Assembly (NCBI GenBank): GCA_002469885.1
Contig: DKOI01000029.1
Span: 1-58,693, forward strand
DNA length: 58,693 nt
Direction: 5' to 3'
Source of the DNA: Legionellales bacterium UBA7366
GTDB lineage: Bacteria > Pseudomonadota > Gammaproteobacteria > UBA7366
Below the pieces are notes generated by a model, which was given only the letters and a program-made list of their open reading frames with translations, did not search any database and was not told the origin of the DNA. Of this stretch, positions 47,404 through 56,000 are shown in pieces; the stretch's first letter is position 1; every line of letters starts with the position of its first letter. The position numbers and the translations under genes were made by a program.

Positions 47404-49011
47404 TTAAATAAAACCGACTAATAATGTTAACGCACCTGTGCCTGCAAACCAAGTTGCAATGCTGGGTGTGATTTGAGGCACAACAGCCCCGACGGACACG
47501 CCCAATAAAACCAAGGCAACTGCAACCCATGCAGGTTTGACTTTAGTGCTTTCCACTTTAGGTGCAGGCGCAATCATTGTAGGCGCTTGATCTTTTTCCA
47601 GGAAGCGATGAACCAAGCCTGGCAGCTCAGGTAGCATCTCTAGCCATTGCGATTTGTTTTCAAACATTTTACACAAAATAGCACGTGGACCAATTTGGTC
47701 TTTCATCCAATTCTCAAGGAAGGGTTTCGCCGTTGTCCATAAATCCAAGTCGGGATATAATTGGCGGCCTAAGCCTTCAACGTTAAGTAATGTTTTTTGT
47801 AATAACATTAACTGCGGTTGAACAGGCATGTTAAAACGTCCTGCCGTTTTAAATAAACTCATCAATAAGCGACCAAATGAAATATCTTTAATAGGCTTCT
47901 CAAAAATAGGTTCGCACACTGCGCGAATTGCACTTTCAAATTGGTCAGGTCTCGTATCACGCGGCACCCACCCCGATTCCACGTGCAAAGTGGCAACACG
48001 ATGATAATCACGATTAAAAAAGGCTAGCAGGTTTTCTGCCAAATACCGTTTATCAAAATCTGTCAACGTTCCCATAATCCCAAAATCTACGCCTACATAT
48101 TTTGGGTCGCTTGGGTGTTCACGCGATACGAAAATGTTGCCAGGATGCATATCAGCATGAAAGAAACTGTCGCGAAAGACTTGCGTGAAAAATATCTCAA
48201 CACCACGCTCTGCCAGCTTCTTCATGTCTGTCTCTTGCGCACGTAGTGCGTCCACGTCAGAAATTTGAATGCCTGAAATTTTTTCCATCACCATGACATT
48301 AGGACGACAATAGTCCCAAAATATTTTAGGCACGTATAACAAATCAGAGTTTTCAAAATTACGGCGCAACTGCGACGCATTCGCCGCTTCATGCATTAAG
48401 TCTTGCTCGCAACTTAAGATGTCAGAAAACTCATCAACCACTTCAGTCGGGCGAAGGCGCTCGCCAAAGCTCGCGTAGGTTTTTGTTAACTTAGCCAAGG
48501 TGTAAAGCAATGCAATATCGCCTTCGATACGTTTTTTAATGCCTGGTCGTAATACTTTGACAACCACTTCTTCACCACTGTGCAAAGTGGCCAAATGAAT
48601 TTGCGCCATCGAAGCTGATGCAAAAGACGCTATTTCAAATTGTGCAAACAATTCATCTGTTGTTTTCCCAAATGCTTTCTCGATAATTGCCTTTGCTTGC
48701 TTGGCTGGAAACGGTGGCACTTGATCTTGCAACTGCGCAAGCTCGAGCGCAATATCAAGTGGTAATAAATCTTTTCGGGTTGATAGCACTTGTCCGAATT
48801 TAACAAAGATAGGCCCTAGAGTGATCAACGCCAAGCGAATGCGTTTTCCCCTAGCCATATGTTTATATGAAAACCAATACCACGGATTAATAAAACGCAA
48901 CAACCTCAAGGGTTTTAAATAAAAGGGTAAAGGCAAGAACTCGCCCAAACCATATCGCAATAAAACCAAATAAATCGTCATTAAGCGAAAAGGCTGTGTA
49001 ATAATTTTCAT
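47404..49011 (-). CDS. ubiB: Ubiquinone biosynthesis regulatory kinase-like protein UbiB
   Basis: 535 aa. ABC1/ADCK kinase-like motifs (FASASMAQIH, HADMHPGNIF, DFGIMG) and a C-terminal TM pair. Downstream of ubiE-ubiJ. Confidence 0.92.
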   Translation of the reverse strand: MKIITQPFRLMTIYLVLLRYGLGEFLPLPFYLKPLRLLRFINPWYWFSYKHMARGKRIRLALITLGPIFVKFGQVLSTRKDLLPLDIALELAQLQDQVPPFPAKQAKAIIEKAFGKTTDELFAQFEIASFASASMAQIHLATLHSGEEVVVKVLRPGIKKRIEGDIALLYTLAKLTKTYASFGERLRPTEVVDEFSDILSCEQDLMHEAANASQLRRNFENSDLLYVPKIFWDYCRPNVMVMEKISGIQISDVDALRAQETDMKKLAERGVEIFFTQVFRDSFFHADMHPGNIFVSREHPSDPKYVGVDFGIMGTLTDFDKRYLAENLLAFFNRDYHRVATLHVESGWVPRDTRPDQFESAIRAVCEPIFEKPIKDISFGRLLMSLFKTAGRFNMPVQPQLMLLQKTLLNVEGLGRQLYPDLDLWTTAKPFLENWMKDQIGPRAILCKMFENKSQWLEMLPELPGLVHRFLEKDQAPTMIAPAPKVESTKVKPAWVAVALVLLGVSVGAVVPQITPSIATWFAGTGALTLLVGFI

Positions 49012-49016
49012 GATAT

Positions 49017-49619
49017 CTACTCGTTACATTTTTTCTTTAATTGTGCAACACGCACGGCTAAACGCTCCGTTTGCATCGCGGTACTGTCTACCGATTCACA
49101 GAATCGTGCAACACACTCGGGCACGGCTAACACTTGCGCTTCTTCTTGCAAAAATTCAACCGTATTTAAGCGCAGTGTTTTAGCGACGTCTTTTAACACG
49201 CCCGTAAATTCACGCACAAAGCGAGAGGCATGGTGCGCAAATACATCACCGGTTAATGTGGATAACTGTTCTTCCCAATCAATCTCTAATGATGAAAATA
49301 ATTGCTGCACATCTTGAGCAACGCGCACCTTACCTTCTATTCTTACATTATCATCTAACAATCGATTCTCGTTAGACGCAAACAGTTTCGCAAGGTCTAC
49401 GGGCGATGCAATCAAGGTCACATCAGGCTGAGCATCATATTCAGCTTCAACGAGCACCTCGCTTTGGGTGAAATGGAAATATACACGCTTGTCAGTGCCG
49501 CTTAAATCAAAACAAAGAACATTACCCACTAGCGGCGTTAAATCCGCTTGCGGATCTAACGCAATATAGCGATTGAGTACACGGGAAAATAATGTCAATG
49601 TCATGGGATTAATCAACAT
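49017..49619 (-). CDS. ubiJ: Ubiquinone biosynthesis accessory factor UbiJ (SCP2-domain protein)
   Basis: 200 aa. Assigned from its position between ubiE and ubiB (the conserved ubiE-ubiJ-ubiB arrangement) and an N-terminal SCP2-like region. The ATG overlaps the ubiE stop (TAATG). Confidence 0.75.
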   Translation of the reverse strand: MLINPMTLTLFSRVLNRYIALDPQADLTPLVGNVLCFDLSGTDKRVYFHFTQSEVLVEAEYDAQPDVTLIASPVDLAKLFASNENRLLDDNVRIEGKVRVAQDVQQLFSSLEIDWEEQLSTLTGDVFAHHASRFVREFTGVLKDVAKTLRLNTVEFLQEEAQVLAVPECVARFCESVDSTAMQTERLAVRVAQLKKKCNE

Positions 49620-50380
49620 TAGAATTTATACCCTCGGTGAATAGCGACAATGCCGCCAGTTAAGTTTGTGACTTCAGTACGTTCGAATCCTGCTTCATCC
49701 ATCATGTTTTTCAATGTTGCTTGGTCAGGGTGCATGCGAATGGACTCTGCGAGGTAACGATAACTTTCTTCATCATTGGCAATCACTTTCCCCATCAAAG
49801 GCAAAAGTTTAAAAGAATAAATATCATAAATTGATGAAAGGCCTGGAACGACGGGTTTTGAAAATTCTAAAATGAGTGCCCGACCGCCGGGTTTTAATAC
49901 ACAGTACATAGAACGCAAAGCTGCAGATTTATCAGTTACGTTTCGAAGACCAAAAGCAATCGTAATACAATCAAAATGATTATCAGGAAACGGCAACGCC
50001 TCAGCGCTAGCTTGCACATATTTCACATTGCCAACGATGCCCTCATCAAGCAAGCGGGCGCGGCCACACAACATCATCTCTGCATTAATGTCTGCAAGAA
50101 TCACTTGGCCTTTGTCGCCCACTCGTTTTGAAAATTGTCGCGTCAGATCACCTGTGCCACCTGCCAAATCAAGCACATTTTGCCCAGATCGGATAGAACA
50201 CATATCAATGGCAACCCGCTTCCACAGTCGATGCACGCCCAATGACATCACGTCGTTCATAAGATCATATCGACTTGCAACACTGCTAAACACTTTTCCA
50301 ACAAGCCCTACTTTCTCATTCACAGGCACTTCTTGATATCCAAAGTGGGTTTTATCCGTTGACGTTTTATCGGTGGCCAT
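49619..50380 (-). CDS. ubiE: Demethylmenaquinone/ubiquinone C-methyltransferase
   Basis: 253 aa. [23 protein letters not shown] motif [11 protein letters not shown], and C-terminal [12 protein letters not shown]. Confidence 0.95.
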   Translation of the reverse strand: MATDKTSTDKTHFGYQEVPVNEKVGLVGKVFSSVASRYDLMNDVMSLGVHRLWKRVAIDMCSIRSGQNVLDLAGGTGDLTRQFSKRVGDKGQVILADINAEMMLCGRARLLDEGIVGNVKYVQASAEALPFPDNHFDCITIAFGLRNVTDKSAALRSMYCVLKPGGRALILEFSKPVVPGLSSIYDIYSFKLLPLMGKVIANDEESYRYLAESIRMHPDQATLKNMMDEAGFERTEVTNLTGGIVAIHRGYKF

Positions 50381-50431
50381 AATTTGCTCTCGAGTTTCTC
50401 GCTAGCCCGTAATGTACCACAAACCATAAAA

Positions 50432-50830
50432 TTATGCTGCTGTAGGAATCGTTTTTACATACCTTATCAAGGCATCTCTCAACACATCTTCTATTAACGG
50501 TTTTTTTAAGATTGCATTGATTCGTGCATGTCGACACTCCTTCCCAATCCCTTTTATGGGCATACGCGAAACAGCAATAATGGGAATGTTGGCCAGATAA
50601 TCAAATCGTTCTCGTATGGTCGTGGCGACGGTCAATCCATCGACATCTGGCAGCGTCATCTCAATAATCACGGCGCTGTGCCGACTGTTTAACTTCCTTA
50701 AGCCCTCTCGCCCAAGCGTCACTAAATCAAACTCCATATTAATATACGATAATTGCATTCTATAGAGTCGGTTAATACTTGTTTCGTGATCAATAATAAG
50801 CACCCGTTCTGAATTAAATTGCCTTGTCAT
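50432..50830 (-). CDS. Stand-alone receiver-domain protein with atypical active site (Glu at the phospho-acceptor position)
   Basis: 132 aa. CheY-like pattern: LIIDHE (acidic pair D-H instead of D-D), AVIIEMTLPDVDG (E where the phospho-Asp is expected), IIAVS (Thr/Ser), ILKKPL (Lys-Pro). Confidence 0.8.
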   Translation of the reverse strand: MTRQFNSERVLIIDHETSINRLYRMQLSYINMEFDLVTLGREGLRKLNSRHSAVIIEMTLPDVDGLTVATTIRERFDYLANIPIIAVSRMPIKGIGKECRHARINAILKKPLIEDVLRDALIRYVKTIPTAA

Positions 50831-50906
50831 GTTATTTACTCCTCGTTGTCATTGATTTTATTCGATTTCGTGCCCACTATGCCGTGCGGGCACATTCCTT
50901 CAACCC

Positions 50907-51242
50907 CTACAAATATGTGCTCAACAAACCCAACTTTAAGCCCTCAAACACGGCTTGCGTCATGTTATTGCACGATAACTTGCGGAGAATGCGCTTTTTG
51001 TAGCCATCTACTGTACCTTTCTTAATGCCCAATAATGTCGCCAGCTCAAGCGATGACTTACCTTTTGCAGACCAATACAAACAAACTTGTTCTTGTTTGG
51101 TCAGTTGCTTATCAAAGCCCAAAGGTAGGCGCACCACTAAGCTGTCTACCACAGCATGCATAATTGCTCTTTGTTCATTGCTCGGACACTTTATCTCTAA
51201 TAAAGCTAAGATGGCCTCAGCAAGACCCTCATGAATTGTCAT
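50907..51242 (-). CDS. Small LuxR/GerE-family HTH transcription regulator without receiver domain
   Basis: 111 aa. LTKQEQVCLYWSAKGKSSLELATLLGIKKGTVDGYKKRILRKL is a typical GerE-type HTH. Confidence 0.8.
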   Translation of the reverse strand: MTIHEGLAEAILALLEIKCPSNEQRAIMHAVVDSLVVRLPLGFDKQLTKQEQVCLYWSAKGKSSLELATLLGIKKGTVDGYKKRILRKLSCNNMTQAVFEGLKLGLLSTYL

Positions 51243-51468
51243 TTCACACCTCGTTTCGTTATTAAATGGTAAAATGGTTTTTTATTTTTTTTATACTTGT
51301 TATCCTATTGTTAGGTATCAAGGCGTAATTGCGACTCACTTTCTCGATGACCCAACAACCATTTAACCAAAAAAAGGTTAATTGGTAAAACCGCAGATCT
51401 CCCATTAATGGGCAGACAATCTCTTAACAAAGCCCTACATTATTAGAGGGTGTAACAAGGATGTTATA

Positions 51469-52131
51469 ATGGAAACACTTGCAGACAATGCCGTCTCATC
51501 GCAAAAATACCGTGCTATACGCATTCAAAGCATTCGCAAAGCACTTGGACTCTCAAGACAACAATTTCATAAACTTTTTGGCATACCGATTGGCACCTTG
51601 CAGCACTGGGAAAACGTGAATGATACCTGCGGATTGTCCGAGAAGGGTGCTCGCAAACTCTCAGAAGCCTTACGCACCTGGCATATTCGCATCAACCCTG
51701 AATGGCTATTGCACGGCTTAGGCGCGAAACCCATTTTACCTGCCAAGTTTCAAACGCTGCCATCCACCTCAGCCGCATCACGTGATTTAAACAGCACGAT
51801 TGAAAAAGAGCTCACTTATTTTTATAAACTGCATAATGATGCAATCGACATCGCCATGCCTGATGACAGCATGTCGCCAAACTTATTAGAAAACGATCAC
51901 CTTGCAGGCATTAAGCACCTCGGTGCTGACATGTGTTTGACGATTGGGAAAGACTGCATTGTTGTCACACAAGATAATGACATGCTGGTCCGCTTAGTCT
52001 GCGCAGGTGATGTACCAGGCTTATACACACTAAAAGCGCGAAACTTTCAAACCCAAGCGCAGAAGCCTATTCTATATGACATTAAACTCTTGAGCGCTGC
52101 GCCCATCATGTGGATCAGGCGAATACCTTAA
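51469..52131 (+). CDS. CI/LexA-like repressor: N-terminal XRE-type HTH plus C-terminal S24 peptidase-like domain
   Basis: 220 aa. The HTH is IRKALGLSRQQFHKLFGIPIGTLQHWEN. The S24-like region is AMPDDSMSPNLLENDHLAGIK...GKDCIVVTQDNDMLVRLV. Confidence 0.75.
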   Translation: METLADNAVSSQKYRAIRIQSIRKALGLSRQQFHKLFGIPIGTLQHWENVNDTCGLSEKGARKLSEALRTWHIRINPEWLLHGLGAKPILPAKFQTLPSTSAASRDLNSTIEKELTYFYKLHNDAIDIAMPDDSMSPNLLENDHLAGIKHLGADMCLTIGKDCIVVTQDNDMLVRLVCAGDVPGLYTLKARNFQTQAQKPILYDIKLLSAAPIMWIRRIP

Positions 52132-52889
52132 GCAAGAAAGCCATCAATTAATTGTCTTGCAATACTGATGTCAGGCGGCAAATCGGGCAAGTGGTCTTTG
52201 GTAAACCAGGCAGCTTCTTCAATTTCAACGCCATCAATTAAAATGTCGCCAGACTTGTGTGTCGCATAAAACCCTAACATTAATGAATGAGGGAACGGCC
52301 AAGGCTGCGAACCGACATAGACCACGTTCTCAATTTCAATACCGACTTCTTCCAGCACTTCACGATGCACCGTTTCTTCTATCGTTTCGCCCGGTTCAAC
52401 AAACCCCGCTAAGGCACTAAAGCGGCCCGAAGGGAAATGAGGCGAGCGCGCCAGCAGCAACTCCTCGCCTCGTGTCACCAGCACAATAATAGAAGGGGAG
52501 ATGCGGGGGTAACAAGCATGACCACACGCAACACACACCTTAGAAAGCTCATTATTTTTTTCTTGCGTTTGCTCACCGCACTGCCCACAGTATTGATGTG
52601 TATTATTCCAGTGCACTCGCTGATAAGCCTTACCAATCACTTTAGAATGCTCAGGACCAAGCAACATGAAAGCAGGGCGGCGTTCTTCAAAAAAGAAAAC
52701 CTCAGGCAAGTTCACCTTTTCAATAGCATTCGCAACGAAAACATTATCAACATAAAATTCATAATCAAAGTTAAACGAAATATGCGATAACTCTGAACGA
52801 GAAGGCAATCGCGCATTATCACCTTCACGGCGCAACAAAACGTTTCCGTCAAAAAAAACAATCGCACAATCATCGAGCTTATCAATCAT
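52128..52889 (-). CDS. nudC: NADH pyrophosphatase (Nudix hydrolase NudC)
   Basis: 253 aa. Zinc ribbon CGQCGEQT...CVACGHACYPR, then the Nudix box GFVEPGETIEETVHREVLEEVG, and the downstream SQPWPFP motif. Confidence 0.9.
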   Translation of the reverse strand: MIDKLDDCAIVFFDGNVLLRREGDNARLPSRSELSHISFNFDYEFYVDNVFVANAIEKVNLPEVFFFEERRPAFMLLGPEHSKVIGKAYQRVHWNNTHQYCGQCGEQTQEKNNELSKVCVACGHACYPRISPSIIVLVTRGEELLLARSPHFPSGRFSALAGFVEPGETIEETVHREVLEEVGIEIENVVYVGSQPWPFPHSLMLGFYATHKSGDILIDGVEIEEAAWFTKDHLPDLPPDISIARQLIDGFLA

Positions 52890-52969
52890 GATTACATCCT
52901 CCTATCAAGATACATTCAGAGTATCATAAATTAACTTTATGCGTATTCGTGCTAGGAATTAGTACGCAA

Positions 52970-52991
52970 CTTAAGGAAACCTTAAGGTTTC
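52970..52991 (+). promoter_or_regulatory. Tandem 11-bp direct repeat CTTAAGGaaac CTTAAGGtttc (TTAA-N7-TTAA), PmrA/OmpR-family-type site in -35 position
   Basis: Direct read. A possible -10 TAACAT at 53008-53013 lies 18 bp downstream. It sits 85 bp upstream of the 1468-aa ORF start. Confidence 0.45.
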
Positions 52992-53075
52992 AAACAATGT
53001 TCTTTGCTAACATCTACAACCAAATATGAAGCTCAATTATGAGCAATACAATAAATATAATACAGGGAGGCAACA

Positions 53076-56000
53076 ATGCATACTCAAAATGGTAAAGATC
53101 TGAATGTTGATAGTGGCATCATTCTAGAAGAAGGCGAAGAAGCCCTAGACCCAAGTCTAAACGCGCAAGCGCGCCCCGCACCTGCTGAAATGCTTGACAC
53201 CAGCCAGTCTGTTTTATTAACACAGAGCTCAACGCTCACTGCAGTTGAAAGCAAAAAAAAATCTGTTGAGCCAAAAAAAGAAGGGCCCAAATTAACAATT
53301 ACCGAAGAATCATCAGAGTCTAAAGAAGGCCCAGAAAAGAAATCAAAAGCGCTGCCAAAATCAGCTCCAATGGAGACTGATGTATTCCATTCTCTTACCT
53401 TTAATGATATAGAAGAACACAAACTTTCCCATCAAGAAATCTCTTGGCTATACCGATTAGCCAATGAAAACCGACCAAACAGAATCTTGCAACCTTTTGT
53501 CTCAAGCACAGGCCGCAGCCGTGAAAAAGGAATTGCTGAAGAAAAAACAGCTCGAGAGGCTCTAAACAAAAAAGGAATCAGCGATCATATCATTGGACTC
53601 GCTTTTCAAGGAACTCCAATTAAGCACTTAAATGAGTATCTGGATATAACCCGAACTAAATTCATGGCAGCTGAAGCAAAGGATAAACAAGCTATCGCCT
53701 TGAGTCTCGTCAACATCACTGTGCCATTTTTCATGAAGGCTAAAAAAACTGAGTTGCCAAAAGAGAACGAGGCCCTACTAAGCTATATCGACCTCATACT
53801 TTTCATGGCACTGGAGGCTGGAGTTGATATTGAACACTCCGCCTTAACCTTTCTAACCTCCACGAGAGGGGATTTCCTATTCAATGATATAACTCAACGC
53901 ATTGAAACATTCTTAGAAAAACGTGAGGCGCGTATACGCACGCACATGGATAAACATAAAGAAAATCCAGAAAGCGTCTTTTTACGCCCACTTGACTCCT
54001 TCATGAGTAACGTGAATAATCGACTTAATACAAAACTTAAAACTGAATATCAAGATCTAGAAAAAACACAAAGTAAAAACATCGCTACGCGTGAAGCCAC
54101 GGCAAAAGCAGCCAAAGAGAATTCTTACCTCGAAGCATTGTCTGAACAAAAAACAGATGCATTCCTTAAAGATGCACACGTATTAATTGTTGGACCTGCA
54201 ATACGCAAAAATTATCGAAAAACTAGAGCCGAGATTCTGCATTTAGCCAAAGTCGAAAAAGTTGATGGCGCTCCAGAGGAAGACAGAACATTAGAAGCTG
54301 CCCTTGAATCACTTTCAACAAAACTCTCTACCGCACCGCATGAAGCGAAAGCCATTGCAGAGAACCTAGGTCGCTTTGATCATTTCATACTGTCAATGCA
54401 AAAAATAGAGCTCAGCGTGACGGAGGCCGACCAAAAGAAACCAGCTCGATCTATGAAAACGCGCGATGAAGAATCTATATCTCCTATTTTTAAACCTAAA
54501 CTCGACGCTTTTAACGCACTCAAACGTCAATACCACAAGCTGCTATTAGATTTAGCATCGCACGGCGCTAACCTAAGCCCTAAGCAAAAAACATTTATCA
54601 CTGAAGGGCATTTCCTATCAGACAAGCCACAATCAAATAATTTTATGATGCGCGCGAAGGACAAAGAAGCGTATGACAACCAACGAGCCTATTATCAAGA
54701 GCTGGCACAATTAAAAGACATTCCACAACATTTTCCACAAAAAACACTGGCACCCAGCGAGTGGATCTCACTTCCTGACCCAGCGGCTGAAGCGGCGAAA
54801 GCGGCATTAAGGAATATCGTGTTTGTGCCATGGATGTTTAGCAACCCAAGTGATGACGAAATGCACGCAGCGTCCAAAATCCTATTGCGGATTGCAAAAA
54901 CCGGCGTCACAATCCCCAAAGAATTACGCTTACCTGCAAAGGCGCTAAATTATATCGAGGGCGGTATTGGCTTAGGGAAAGACAAAGTATCCAATGAGGC
55001 CTCTTTGCGAGATATTGCCGCGCTCTCAATACTAAATTTAGTCCCAGGCGATACAGAAACTATCAGTCTTTCCAAGCGTTTAAATTTTATTATTGCACAC
55101 ATCACATCACTCCCGTATACGCCCGCTGTTGTGCGCTTTATCCATAATATGTTGGCATTTACCTTAGTCGATAACAATTCAATTGATGTTCAGCACGATC
55201 AAAAAAGCGATGACGTATATTGTGATTACAAACCACCCAAAAACAAACCCGAAGACACCTCCCATCCGCTAGCAACCCTGTTATATCAAAAACAACATTT
55301 CTTCCAATCCACCTCTCCCAGGAAACATGCTGGCGCACTGAGATTGATTAAACATGTCATGGTGGAAGAAAAAGTTAAACAGATGCAGAAGAAAAAAGCG
55401 GCTAAGGTGCTTCACGAACGACGTCAAGCATTTCGAAACCTATTTAATGAACACATGGGTCATCCTCCTCAACATTTAGCAGCGTGGGGTCAACTGCTAC
55501 GCGGAGAAGTACCGATCGACAGCATATCAGTTCAAGACAAAAGTTTTATCGACTTTTTAAATGAACGACTACAAGATCCCGTCATGGATGCCAATGTGAA
55601 AGGAGCGTTCCCTGACACTTCGCTTTCTTTAAATGAAATAAAATTGTTCCATATTATCCCAAATATACAGCGCGTATTAACGCACTCATGCACAGCATTT
55701 AAAGCTGAATTAGCCGAAATGCAAACAAGCTTGAAAGCAACGGTTAGAGAAGAATCCGCCGCAAAGCAAGCTCACGCTTTAGAAAAGATACGTATTACGA
55801 ATGAGGTCCTACCTCGTTTGAAACTCCTGGAAAAGGATAAAAATTTAAAAGGGGAGGCAAAGAAAATGGAAATTGATGGTCGCCCTATAGGGATGTTGGG
55901 TGTTCTGAAAAACCAAAATGGTGCAACGGCGGAATCAATCATGCCAAAAGAGTACCCAGCACTCATGGGATTTGTTAGCGCATTTTTGGCTATTGAAAAT

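Noticed and set aside
50432-52131. The regulator cluster as a prophage remnant or toxin-antitoxin module, because of the CI-like repressor.
   Set aside because: There are no integrase, Cro/antirepressor, structural or toxin-like genes in the vicinity, and the flanks are housekeeping genes (ubiE, nudC).
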